A DNA stretch of 15,216 nt from Candidatus Hadarchaeota archaeon (GCA_964452145.1 CAYVLA010000076.1:1-15216); one strand, 5' to 3'; positions 1-8,788 are shown, numbered from the stretch's first letter. Program-made: numbers and translations. Notes: generated by a model not told the origin, from the sequence alone.

Positions 1-423
1 ACCATTCGCAGCTGCCTGGGCTGCAGGGACTGTATGAGGACCGGCCGCTGCAGCATAAGGGATGACGAGTTCGAGTCCCTTCTGGGCCTCTTGGCCGGCT
101 CCCGCGGTGTGGTCATCGGGGCACCGGTGTACTGGGACGGCCCACCCGGCAGAATGAAGGACTTCATCGACCGCACCCACGGCTACTACTCATCCAAGGC
201 GGGATCCCTGCTGGGGGATGTGAGCTTCGCCCTGATCAGCGTTGCCACATCCTCCGGTTTCGAACCCCACGAGGACATCATGCTGAGCTGGATCGAGTAT
301 TACGGCGGAAAGGTGGTGGCAAGGGAGAGGGTGCTCGCAAGAGAGAAGGGCGAGATTGCATCCAGACCATCCGAGCTCGCCAAGGCAAGGCGGGCGGGAC
401 GCGCCCTTCTCGCCGCGCTATAG
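1..423 (+). CDS. Iron-sulfur flavoprotein / NADPH-dependent FMN reductase (flavodoxin-like), 5'-truncated by the window edge
   Basis: Frame 1 is open from base 1: TIRSCLGCRDCMRTGRCSIRDD gives the CX2CX2CX5C Isf [4Fe-4S] motif. It is followed by GAPVYW..PGRMKDFIDR, the FMN-binding flavodoxin motif. Confidence 0.9.
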   Translation, partial: TIRSCLGCRDCMRTGRCSIRDDEFESLLGLLAGSRGVVIGAPVYWDGPPGRMKDFIDRTHGYYSSKAGSLLGDVSFALISVATSSGFEPHEDIMLSWIEYYGGKVVARERVLAREKGEIASRPSELAKARRAGRALLAAL

Positions 424-426
424 CCC

Positions 427-924
427 TCAGAACACGCCGACCCTGGTTGACACGTGGTTGAAGAGGAGTTGGTAGTCGGCCATGCTGAGGGTCTGAATGA
501 CTTCGCGGCGCAGGACGCTCAGCAACCCCTTGGGGTATAGGTAGATCCGCCCGCCGACGAGCCCCGCAGGTTTCGCCGAGAACCTCTCCATGCTGGACCA
601 CGTCAGGAAGCGAGCCCGGGCTGTGGGGGATTTCAATGGCCTGATCCGGATTCCTCCCTCCCTTACCACGCACATGGCACGCGTCCGAGGGAAGGCGCTG
701 CCGACAAGCGGCACGAGCACCGGAAGAAGCGCCAGCGCGATGAAGAGGATGATGATCAGCTCGTGGTACTGACCCCCAGCGGATGTGATGCCCGCGATGA
801 TCGCAAGAATCGCAGGCAGGAAGGCCCTGGAGACGGACTCGCCCCCTGTTCTGCACTCAAAGGAGCCTATCTCACAGCCTTCCTCCTGCGGCGTCCTGCC
901 CAGCTTCATCCCTGCGGATTCCAT
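427..924 (-). CDS. Hypothetical membrane protein (2 TM helices plus small C-terminal beta-rich, possibly PH-like domain)
   Basis: C-terminal part of ORF 427..1167. Two hydrophobic segments (AFLPAILAIIAGI; LIIILFIALALLPVLVPLV) precede 'VREGGIRI...LTWSSMERF'. The start is uncertain (ATG 924 or 909). The gene converges on the gene ending at 423 with a 3-bp gap. Confidence 0.6.
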   Translation of the reverse strand: MESAGMKLGRTPQEEGCEIGSFECRTGGESVSRAFLPAILAIIAGITSAGGQYHELIIILFIALALLPVLVPLVGSAFPRTRAMCVVREGGIRIRPLKSPTARARFLTWSSMERFSAKPAGLVGGRIYLYPKGLLSVLRREVIQTLSMADYQLLFNHVSTRVGVF

Positions 925-1030
925 CCCGCTCCTCTTGAATCTCTTACCCTGCGTGTCGGTGTCGGGGCTCAAGCCAGCAAGCCCCTGCCGCTGGAAACCG
1001 TTATCAGGCATCCAGCTGCTTGCGGTCCGC

Positions 1031-2383
1031 GTGGGAAGCACCCGCGTCACGTTCGTCTGGTCGCTTCTGCTGGTCGCATTCTGCCTTGCCATCCTCGGCA
1101 TGGCCTTGACCGCCGTCAGCGGGTCAGTGCTGGAAGTCGTGCTGACCCCCGTCGCCCGCAACTGCACGTATTATGCGACCTTCCAAAGCCACAACCAGAA
1201 GGCGGTTCAGAACGATAACGGAATCTTCATCTCCTACAGCTGGGAGTTCGACTTGGAGAGCTGGTACGCCCTGTGGCGCCTGGCGCGCAGCACCGATAAC
1301 GGGACCAGTTTCCGCACGATCTACACCTCGCCCTACCTGGGATCCAACGCGCCCTGCATAGAGACCGATCGGGAAAACAACATCCTGCTGGTCTGCACTG
1401 ACTACAACGACCCAGCCCAGCCCTTTCTTTACCACAGGTTTCTGGCCTCCAGGGACTACCAGGACCCCGAGATCACCCGGATCAACTCAGGCGCCAGCGG
1501 CAAGTTCGCCATGTACCACGATCGCTCCACGGACAAGGTCTTCCTCTTCAACCACTACGGCCGGCTCTTCGTTCTCAACGCCACCACGGGAAGGCTCATC
1601 GAATGGAAAGACGTGGTGGCGTTCACCGGCCGGAACGCCACGACCCAGTATCCTCACATCTGCATGGACGACAACCACACCCTCCACCACGCCTGGACAA
1701 CCAGCCATCTTCAGAGATATCTTTACTGGGACATCCATTACGCCAAGAGCAACAACGAAGGCAAGACCTGGCAGACGGCCAACGGTACCAGGCTCTACTG
1801 CCCCTTCAAACCCGACCAGAGCGGTGCGTCTGACCAGATAATACTGCCCGACGAATTCGAGGTTCACACCTGGCTGTCCAGCATGATCGCCAAGGATGGC
1901 AAGGTCCACTTCGCTTACCTCGCGCAGACCCCGGACTACCGCCAGCACTACGTCCGGATCGATCTGACGACTGGCCGGATCGACAAGAGGATCTACCCGG
2001 TCTGGAGGGGTGAGAACATCTCGATCCAAGGCCTGGACGGCTTCTTCTCCACGGGCCCCTCCGCAAGCGATCCGCTGTACTACATCGGACGCGCCAACTA
2101 CTCCCACATCGCCGCCCTGGTCAGCTACGACAACGGAGACACATGGCACGATGCGGCCTTCAGCGAGAAGGTGCCCAACGCCATCTACTCCATAGGCGGC
2201 TGCAGGCAGGTCACGCCCCTTGGAATCATCGGGTCCTTCACCAGCCAGTACGGCACCAGAGGGGATGTCTACTTCTTCAGAATCGCGGTGCAGGAGCCAA
2301 TGCCCATTCCTTTTATCCAGATCCTCGCAGCGATGGCCTTCTGTTGCCGGTTGATTGGCCCCGGGTGGCCCCGGTCCCCCTGA
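1031..2383 (+). CDS. Secreted BNR/Asp-box repeat (sialidase-like beta-propeller) protein with hydrophobic C-terminal tail
   Basis: Signal-peptide-like segment after GTG 1031 (start inferred). Asp-boxes STDNGTSF, SNNEGKTW and SYDNGDTW; 'YPHI..D...LHHAW' and 'DIHYAKS' are typical of BNR-repeat proteins. Many N-X-S/T sequons. Confidence 0.8.
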   Translation: MGSTRVTFVWSLLLVAFCLAILGMALTAVSGSVLEVVLTPVARNCTYYATFQSHNQKAVQNDNGIFISYSWEFDLESWYALWRLARSTDNGTSFRTIYTSPYLGSNAPCIETDRENNILLVCTDYNDPAQPFLYHRFLASRDYQDPEITRINSGASGKFAMYHDRSTDKVFLFNHYGRLFVLNATTGRLIEWKDVVAFTGRNATTQYPHICMDDNHTLHHAWTTSHLQRYLYWDIHYAKSNNEGKTWQTANGTRLYCPFKPDQSGASDQIILPDEFEVHTWLSSMIAKDGKVHFAYLAQTPDYRQHYVRIDLTTGRIDKRIYPVWRGENISIQGLDGFFSTGPSASDPLYYIGRANYSHIAALVSYDNGDTWHDAAFSEKVPNAIYSIGGCRQVTPLGIIGSFTSQYGTRGDVYFFRIAVQEPMPIPFIQILAAMAFCCRLIGPGWPRSP

Positions 2384-2621
2384 CTAAAATGGGTCAAGTC
2401 CCCTGATTTGGATCTCCCTTCTTTCTTCTTGCCGAAGCAGTAGCCCAACAGCAGCAAGTAGAGCCCACAGCTCTTTCGGAATCTCGATTGCGTTCCTTCG
2501 CAAGGGGCACATCAGCACAGCAACGTCCACGGTCACCCGCAAGCCCCTAGGCTTTCACCGTCCTCGGATCCACCCTGGTCCACACGAACTGGGGAGAGTC
2601 TTGGGGCACCGTCGGTAAGAC

Positions 2622-2627
2622 TTTAAC
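2622..2627 (+). promoter_or_regulatory. Putative TATA box for the 2645 gene
   Basis: AAGAC-TTTAAC about 20 bp upstream of ATG 2645, in otherwise GC-rich DNA. Confidence 0.4.
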
Positions 2628-2644
2628 GTCCCGATGACATAGGC

Positions 2645-2992
2645 ATGGCTGTGGACGGGCTTAGCCTAGTGGGTGGCATCGGAATGGGCTACGTTCTGGA
2701 CGTGGCATGGTCCAGGACGCCGGGCCTGAGCGAGGAGGAGACCCTCAACGACAGGTACGACTTCTTTCACTCCTGGGAGCACTACCACTGGTCGATGATC
2801 CTGATGATGGCATGGCTCTTCCTAGGCTGGGATGCCCTTCTTGGCATCGCCGCGGCCTTCTTCACCAGCGAATGGATCCAGGACCCCGAGCGTCCGTTCG
2901 GGCTCGGGAAGGACCACTTCCCTCACTCAACCATCATCGGGCTGGTCCTGGCCTCGATCCTGATCATCCTTTTGGTCGCGACACATACCTAG
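2645..2992 (+). CDS. Small integral membrane protein with His-rich EHYHW motif
   Basis: 115 aa with about 4 hydrophobic segments, GC3-rich codon usage like neighbouring genes, and motifs FHSWEHYHW and PFGLGKDHF. Confidence 0.75.
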   Translation: MAVDGLSLVGGIGMGYVLDVAWSRTPGLSEEETLNDRYDFFHSWEHYHWSMILMMAWLFLGWDALLGIAAAFFTSEWIQDPERPFGLGKDHFPHSTIIGLVLASILIILLVATHT

Positions 2993-3014
2993 CGAGGCCT
3001 AGTCAAGCGCCGGG

Positions 3015-3710
3015 TCAAACCACCTCATCCACCCTGAGGATATGCTTCAACCCTCCGTAGACGCAGGTGAAGATGCTGGGCGAAAGCCGGTCCAACCAGC
3101 GATAGTAACGGAGGCCTGAATGCATATTCTCGTCGAACTCCATCTCCAGCTTGATGCCGAACCTCCTTGCGTAGTAGTAGGACCTGACCATGTCCAACCA
3201 GCCCCTTTTGTGAATCGGCTGGTAGACGTTGGGCTGGAGGGCTATCTTGCCCGGAGGGAAGCCGCTCTCGGCCACCGCCCTGGCAACGTTACCTATCCCC
3301 CAGGTTCCAGCCGAGTACGGTATCCACAGCTCCCACGGCATATCGTGGAGGGGCTCGGAGGGAGGTGGCACCTCGGGCCTCTCCTCCCCACCATTCCAGT
3401 ACAGGCCAAGGAACCCCTCTCCCAACGCCGCTTGGACGTCCTCGGCCCATCCCTGCGACTCGGTTCCCCACGACGCCACGTAGCTTTGTGGCATCTCGAG
3501 CCCAGCTAGCGAGGCCTGGGCGGAGAGCCTTCCCAGCATGCCGACCGAGTGCTCCTCCCACTGATCGTGGTTGGTGCAGACATCCAGGAGAAGAAGGTTA
3601 TACTTGGCTCCCTCCTCCAGGCCTGCCAGCCTCACGAGCATGCCGACCTCCTCGTCGGTCCATTGCCTACTGCGACCACAGTACACCAGGAGCGTAGCTG
3701 GTTTTAACAT
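3015..3710 (-). CDS. Hypothetical protein, DUF4855-like (putative glycoside-hydrolase-type TIM barrel)
   Basis: Motifs GLYWNGGE, LWIPY, IALQPNVY and GIKLEMEFD resemble DUF4855 family segments (recalled similarity). Start ATG 3710 or 3740. Confidence 0.55.
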   Translation of the reverse strand: MLKPATLLVYCGRSRQWTDEEVGMLVRLAGLEEGAKYNLLLLDVCTNHDQWEEHSVGMLGRLSAQASLAGLEMPQSYVASWGTESQGWAEDVQAALGEGFLGLYWNGGEERPEVPPPSEPLHDMPWELWIPYSAGTWGIGNVARAVAESGFPPGKIALQPNVYQPIHKRGWLDMVRSYYYARRFGIKLEMEFDENMHSGLRYYRWLDRLSPSIFTCVYGGLKHILRVDEVV

Positions 3711-4047
3711 ACGACCGAGCTCGCCTGTCACATGGCGCACGCCATTTTCAAAGGTTTCGTCTTCCTCTGCTCGCCACGCCCTGGCTGGGGAGAATCAGGC
3801 TAGACGCTCACCCATCCGGCGCTTGGCGGTCTCCCGCTCACCGGCGCGCTGCACCGCAGACGATCTATCGCCCGACGCGGCCGCACATATGCCCACCTGC
3901 GGCCTCCCGACCAGATCAGGATGCCCCGGCGCGTTAAGGCAAGAGGGGGTCGTCCAGTTTCATGCGATGGGGACCTTGCCGACGAGGCTGAGCTTTATCA
4001 ACGCGGCAGCAAGTCAGGCAACCGATCCTGGCAATCTGGGTGATCGC

Positions 4048-4851
4048 ATGAACCGTCCTGAGAGTGAAACCAAGTTGGAGGGCGCCTCAGCCAAGGGTCC
4101 CTCCTCGAGCGCCGACATGCATCGCGGCGGAAAGGCAGGGATCGTTGCCTTGGCGCTGTCCGTCTTGCTCGTGCTCGCAGCACTCGCCCTAGTCGCGGGG
4201 GGCGTCTACCTCTTCTGGTACGGCGGTGCCTCCAAGGACCGGGACGGCTACGTGGTAAGCCGGGATAACGCCCTGCCGCCCATGGATACACGAGCCGTGG
4301 TCGTGGATCTGGTTGAGATAAAGATGGAGAAGCGCCTGCCGTCGATCATCAGGAGTCTTCCCAGACGAGATGTCGTATTGGTCAGGCTGATGGCAACCAC
4401 CAATTCGTCCAAGGAACTGTTCGTCGGCGTTGCGGACGAGACCGACGCCATGGCCTATCTTGCCGAGGTCGATTACCTCACGGCCGTCAACTACTACTGG
4501 AGGGTCAGCCCCCGAAACGTTACTCTCCTCGTTGCAGATGCCGTACCCAACCCGGGCGGTGCCCCGTCGGAGCCCCCGACCGCAGCCGCGTTCTGGATAG
4601 CATCAGGCCGCGGTTCACCAACGGCAGCCATGGAGTGGGCACCCCAGTCCGGGTTATACTGGATCGTGATCATGAACGCCGACGGGTCCCCGGGGATCCA
4701 GACCACCCTCCAGCTCGGCGCGAAGTTCCCGATCCTAAGGTGGCTTCCCGGAGCATTGCTGGCCTGCGGCGCAGGCCTGCTCATTTTGGGCTTCCTTGTC
4801 CTGCGCTTCGGATACCTGGGGAAACGCGGACGGCAACCATCGGACGGATAG
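4048..4851 (+). CDS. Membrane protein with N- and C-terminal TM helices flanking an extracytoplasmic domain (resembles the domain often fused to DUF4389)
   Basis: GGTGAT RBS before ATG 4048 and TATA-like TTTATCA at 3994-4000. Motifs RDGY, LFVGVA...AYL, PGGAP..PP....FW and YWIVIMNADGSPG. Confidence 0.75.
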   Translation: MNRPESETKLEGASAKGPSSSADMHRGGKAGIVALALSVLLVLAALALVAGGVYLFWYGGASKDRDGYVVSRDNALPPMDTRAVVVDLVEIKMEKRLPSIIRSLPRRDVVLVRLMATTNSSKELFVGVADETDAMAYLAEVDYLTAVNYYWRVSPRNVTLLVADAVPNPGGAPSEPPTAAAFWIASGRGSPTAAMEWAPQSGLYWIVIMNADGSPGIQTTLQLGAKFPILRWLPGALLACGAGLLILGFLVLRFGYLGKRGRQPSDG

Positions 4852-4875
4852 ACCAGCCAACAGGTCACCGATCTC

Positions 4876-4897
4876 GGAAAGAGAGGAAAAAGGAAAG
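4876..4897 (-). terminator. Pyrimidine/T-rich archaeal terminator candidate for the 4958..5179 gene
   Basis: Minus strand reads CTTTCCTTTTTCCTCTCTTTCC about 60 nt after the stop, between convergent genes. Confidence 0.45.
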
Positions 4898-4957
4898 CCG
4901 GAGGAGTGATGGCTCCTCCGGGAAGTGGTACACAACGGCTGGCAGTGGAGAATTCAG

Positions 4958-5179
4958 TCAATCCTTCTTGACCAGGAAGTAACCAGCAGCCTTCTCTCTT
5001 ACCTTTCTCTTGACATATCCCTTGGCCACGAGGCCCATGAGTGCACTGTTGACCTGTCCCTTTGGCCGGTTGGACTTCTTCTCGACTTCCTCGGCGGTCT
5101 TCATCTTGGCCTCGTCGCTGGCCCCTAGGTTCTGAAGGGTCTTCAGCACTATCTGCTCCACTGGGTTCAAATCTGCCAT
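4958..5179 (-). CDS. Small basic winged-helix DNA-binding protein (Lrs14-like / nucleoid-associated candidate)
   Basis: 73 aa with 12 Lys and 3 Arg. wHTH pattern 'LNPVEQIVLKTL...TAEEV......KGQVNSALMGLVAKGYVKR...GYFL'. Strong GGAGGTG RBS. Confidence 0.85.
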   Translation of the reverse strand: MADLNPVEQIVLKTLQNLGASDEAKMKTAEEVEKKSNRPKGQVNSALMGLVAKGYVKRKVREKAAGYFLVKKD

Positions 5180-5304
5180 CGGTTCACACCTCCTTCTTTG
5201 ATTTCTATAGCTTCGCAGAATCAGGGCGATCTACATTCGCCTCAGACAGAATATGATCATGATGCAGGCAGGAGAACGGGACCTCTGACGCCCGGCGAGA
5301 AGCG

Positions 5305-5544
5305 CTATCGGGAAGACGGGGGCCGGATATAGCCACCCTTGTACCCGCCTTCCTCCTCTAGTTTTGCCTCCTGCTCGCGACGCAGGAATTTGTATCTAAC
5401 CGGGGAGCCGCAGTTGGGACATCGTTCTTTCCTGGGGTCCACCCTGAGGTTGCACTTGAGACAGTAGGGTACTGCGACCACTTGCACCAGCTCCACACGG
5501 GGTGGGGTAGCAAGAAGATAATGGTTTCCTTCCCCCAGAATCAC
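5305..5544 (-). CDS. Small zinc-ribbon (CPxCG-type) protein
   Basis: CLKC-x10-CPNCG in a 79-aa ORF with a GTG start in a GGGAGTG context. Confidence 0.7.
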   Translation of the reverse strand: MILGEGNHYLLATPPRVELVQVVAVPYCLKCNLRVDPRKERCPNCGSPVRYKFLRREQEAKLEEEGGYKGGYIRPPSSR

Positions 5545-5755
5545 TCCCGATCCGAATCCCCAGGGAATGGTCCGTATCTGTCACTCCTCGGCTTCAGCCG
5601 TGACGGCACGAGGGAGGCCGCCTGACATGCCGTGTTTGCTGCCCGCATGGCGCACGCATGCCTTGGATGCCTTGGGTAAGCTTTTTAGCCCCGTCGCGCC
5701 CTGCTGGGACTTGAACCGGGGGACCATCTTCCCCGGAATTCGTGGAGAGGGTTGG

Positions 5756-6595
5756 ATGTCGGCACCCCTTTCCAGGGGCGCATTGAGGAGGATTCTACAC
5801 AACCAGATGAGAAGGGACGCCTTCGACGTCATCATCAATCTGGGCTCCGGCAAGGGACTGGGATTCGGGGATATCTGCAACGAGCTGGGCCTGAAGAGGT
5901 ACCAGACCTCCAAGCTGGCCTATCATCTTCGCATGTTGCTGGAGTCCGATCTGATCCGCAAGGAGATGGTCGAAGGCAACATCCTCTACTTCCCAACCGA
6001 TCTGGGCAGAGAAGCCTGGCGGATCTCCAGGCCCGTGGATGAGACTCAGAGGCGGATCCTCAGCGTGCTCTTCGTCCAGTGGGCTGTGGTCTACGCAATA
6101 GGGGTGATCGTGGCCTGCGCATCCATGCTAGCCGCGACCCTGGGGGAGAGCACGCTGTACTTGTTCAGGGAGACGGCCGTTCTCACGATCGCCAGGAACG
6201 CCCCCGCCCACCTGTTCATCTTCGTGACCCTGTCGGCCGTTGCCCTCTGCTACCTATCTCTCAGGGGCATGAATGTGAGGAGCGAGCATCTCGACACGAG
6301 AAGCAAGGTATTCGCTCTCGCATCCCCATTTGCCTTCCTTCTCGTCCCGGATGTCCTCATCGTTTCGCTCCTGCTGTCGGCGTCGCTTACCCTGGGTTTC
6401 TCGACTCTGCCCGCCCGCGACCTGTTCTCCTTCGCTCTCCTCTTCGTCAACGCGCCCTTTCTGGTCATCCTTCTGGCCAAGAGCATAGTGGAGGGCAGCT
6501 GGGGGTTTGTGGCCAGCGAGGTGATCATCGTCCTGTTGCTGCTCGCCATTCCTGCCATTATGATCTCAAGGAGCAGACTGCTGAGGAGCGCATGA
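5756..6595 (+). CDS. Membrane-anchored winged-helix (ArsR-like) transcriptional regulator
   Basis: N-terminal 'LHNQMRRD....LGFGDICNELGL....SKLAYHLRMLLESDLIRK.....YFPTDLG' is an ArsR-type wHTH, followed by about 6 hydrophobic segments. ATG 5756 after GGAGAGG; TATA-like TTTTTAG near 5682. Confidence 0.8.
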   Translation: MSAPLSRGALRRILHNQMRRDAFDVIINLGSGKGLGFGDICNELGLKRYQTSKLAYHLRMLLESDLIRKEMVEGNILYFPTDLGREAWRISRPVDETQRRILSVLFVQWAVVYAIGVIVACASMLAATLGESTLYLFRETAVLTIARNAPAHLFIFVTLSAVALCYLSLRGMNVRSEHLDTRSKVFALASPFAFLLVPDVLIVSLLLSASLTLGFSTLPARDLFSFALLFVNAPFLVILLAKSIVEGSWGFVASEVIIVLLLLAIPAIMISRSRLLRSA

Positions 6596-6676
6596 GCGTG
6601 TTTGAGTTTCATTTTAGGTGGAGTTATAACATGGTTGAGCATGCAATCCGGCACTCACCCCTAGGGAGGTGGGGTT

Positions 6677-7216
6677 TTGCATAGGGCCAAACTTGGCAAC
6701 TTGGAACTTCTACACGCCAGTAGGGTGGCCACATTCGGCCTGCTGGGCTTCGGACTGCTTGTTGCGGGCATCAGCTCCTTGCTCGGGAAGCTGACGTTCT
6801 CAATCACCGTGAAGGGAACCTCCTACAGGCATCTGGTAGAGCTCGAGCCCGCCTGGATTCTGTTTCTCCTGCTGGGGGGATTGGCCTCGTTGGCGGTCGT
6901 GACCCATTCTCTGGTCCGGATCGAGCGCCTCCAGAACCGGATAATCGACATGAAGCTGCGCAGCGACGAGGAGGCAGAGGCAATCCTCAGGTACGACTAT
7001 CAGGACTACAAGAAGGAGTCCGACCTGAGATACGCGATAAGTCCGTTGCTGATGGCCCTTTCCCTGATCGTGTCAGGGATGGGCTTGAATCTCTGGCTCA
7101 ACAAGGTGGTCCTGGATTCCTCGCTTTCCTTGGCGATCCTGGTGGGCGGAGTGGTATTTGGGGGGCTCTCCCTTGCCGATCACATCATCCTCCATAACAG
7201 GTTGAGAAAGGGATAG
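6677..7216 (+). CDS. Hypothetical membrane protein (about 4 TM helices with a central charged loop)
   Basis: TTG start preceded by GGGAGGTG, and TTATAA at 6624-6629. Four hydrophobic segments; 15 bp upstream of ybjQ. Confidence 0.7.
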   Translation: MHRAKLGNLELLHASRVATFGLLGFGLLVAGISSLLGKLTFSITVKGTSYRHLVELEPAWILFLLLGGLASLAVVTHSLVRIERLQNRIIDMKLRSDEEAEAILRYDYQDYKKESDLRYAISPLLMALSLIVSGMGLNLWLNKVVLDSSLSLAILVGGVVFGGLSLADHIILHNRLRKG

Positions 7217-7231
7217 CGGGAAGCGAGAAGC

Positions 7232-7546
7232 ATGTTGGTGACGACTACTGAGAGCATCGAAGGAAGACGCATAGCCGAGGTCATTGGGGTCGTGTCCGGC
7301 ACCAGCGTGCCGACCAGGCACCTCGGCAGGGACATACTGGCGGCATTCAAGAACATGGCCGGAGTACACCTCTCGGAATACGAGAAGCTCATCGAATCCG
7401 CCAAGGTCGATGCCATGAACAAGATGGTTCAGGAGGCCCACAGGCTCGGCGCGAATGCCATTGTCTGCGCCCGGCTCGGCACGGCTCAGGTGATGTCAGG
7501 GGCCGCCGAGATAACCTGGTACGGGACCGCGGTCAGAGTTGAATAG
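7232..7546 (+). CDS. ybjQ: YbjQ / UPF0145 family (putative heavy-metal-binding) protein
   Basis: MLVTTTESIEGRRI..VIGVVSG...GRDILAAFKN..G..L..YEKL...A...M...A..LGANAI...GTAV is the canonical UPF0145 pattern. Confidence 0.95.
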   Translation: MLVTTTESIEGRRIAEVIGVVSGTSVPTRHLGRDILAAFKNMAGVHLSEYEKLIESAKVDAMNKMVQEAHRLGANAIVCARLGTAQVMSGAAEITWYGTAVRVE

Positions 7547-7862
7547 AACCCCTCAACGGAATTAGTATCAAATCGTAGATCCAAAATCTTTAGCGCTGGC
7601 TCGTACAGGACCGACTTGCACACGCCCTAATAGCCGCGATTTTAGAGCAAATCTTATATACCAAAATCATTATGTCTTCCTTCAGGAAACGGCACGGACC
7701 TCGATCTCCGTGGCCAGGCTCAAGGCCTCTTTCATCATGCCCTCCACCTCTTCGAACTCGTGCACAAGGTAGAGATCCCCCGCCTCCCGCTCCATCCTAT
7801 CGAGTCGCAGCTACTCGAACTCGAACCAAAAACCTTTTCACCCATTGGCGCGAGTGGAGATC

Positions 7863-8729
7863 ATGGGGCGAATGGGCGCTGCATCCGTGATCGTCTCCGT
7901 CCTCCTCTGCTCAACCGTCCTGGCGGCCGATCCGCGCGTCGATCCCGAGAGGAACGTCATTCGCCTTCTCCACATTGATCAGGCATGGAGCCACGCGGAT
8001 CCCCCTGCCCTCGTCTTCCTTCGAGATCCGAAGATCGAATGGACTCCGGTGCCGGCCCACGCATACTCCATGGGCATGGATGCCTTCAGATCGCTCAGGC
8101 TCTACCTTCCACGATCGAAGGATGCGCTCCTCAGGGGCTACGATGTGGTACTCATCGATGGAATGGACGCCACCCATCTCAGGTTGGACTTCCAGCACTG
8201 GCTGGTCGAGGGCGTGAGCACGCAGGGCCTGAACTTCCTCATGGCCGACGACTCATCATCCTTCGCAACGACGGGCGTTCACAATTCCTGGTACATCGTG
8301 CCGATCGGGGAGATACTGCCGGTCGACGACGAGGCGAGCGGGCTTACGCATGTCAAAGTGGTTGCCAATACGTTCCGGGTGATTCCTGAGTTCGCCGACC
8401 ACGAGTTCACGAACAACATACCTTGGGACGAGGTCGTTCTCCACGCTTCTAACCGCCCCTGGCCAAGGCTGGGCGCCACCGCCGTCACGAGGATGTCCGA
8501 GGAGAAGATCGTAAACAGGGGCAAGAAGCAGATGACATACTGGGAGTACCCGACGGGGCACGGCCGGTCGCTCGCCTGGGTGCACAAGTGGGGAGTGAGT
8601 CCCGAGTTCTGGAGGTGGAGGTACGGCCGGGACGTTGTAGCCAATGTGATATACTTCTCGGCCCGGGTCCCCATCCCGCAGGATCTGGTTCTCATCCAGA
8701 GGATCCTTCCCCCGGCGTGCACGACCTGA
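7863..8729 (+). CDS. Secreted hypothetical protein with glutamine-amidotransferase-like (class I) fold; probably 3'-truncated
   Basis: Signal-like N-terminus and 'RLYLPRSKDALLRGYDVVLIDG...WY..PIGEILPV...WEY..G.GRS'. BRE/TATA-like AAAAACCTTTTCA about 22 bp upstream of ATG 7863. The 3' end overlaps a TA remnant. Confidence 0.6.
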   Translation: MGRMGAASVIVSVLLCSTVLAADPRVDPERNVIRLLHIDQAWSHADPPALVFLRDPKIEWTPVPAHAYSMGMDAFRSLRLYLPRSKDALLRGYDVVLIDGMDATHLRLDFQHWLVEGVSTQGLNFLMADDSSSFATTGVHNSWYIVPIGEILPVDDEASGLTHVKVVANTFRVIPEFADHEFTNNIPWDEVVLHASNRPWPRLGATAVTRMSEEKIVNRGKKQMTYWEYPTGHGRSLAWVHKWGVSPEFWRWRYGRDVVANVIYFSARVPIPQDLVLIQRILPPACTT

Positions 8730-8788
8730 CCGACATCCCAGAGGATGAATGGATCCTCTTCGAAGACTATGACTCGGGCCTCGAATGA
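8708..8788 (+). pseudogene. C-terminal fragment of a putative antitoxin
   Basis: Acidic tail DLTDIPEDEWILFEDYDSGLE* whose TGA overlaps (ATGA) the start of a RelE-like ORF. The left boundary is approximate. Confidence 0.4.

Noticed and set aside
785..1030. Long N-terminal extensions of ORFs 785..2383 and 427..1167 (likewise 3571, 5567, 11047 and 12249)
   Set aside because: They overlap opposite-strand genes or promoter regions and lack family similarity. Downstream starts with an RBS or signal peptide fit better.
1124..2149. Antisense and alternative-frame ORFs (e.g. 1487..2149-, 8256..8849-, 11647..12192-, 12603..13073+)
   Set aside because: Shadow ORFs expected in GC-rich DNA over well-supported genes; no recognisable motifs.
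5690..5730. tRNA-like T-loop (GGTTCAAGTCCC) on the minus strand
   Set aside because: The T-stem does not pair fully and no acceptor, D or anticodon arms can be built.
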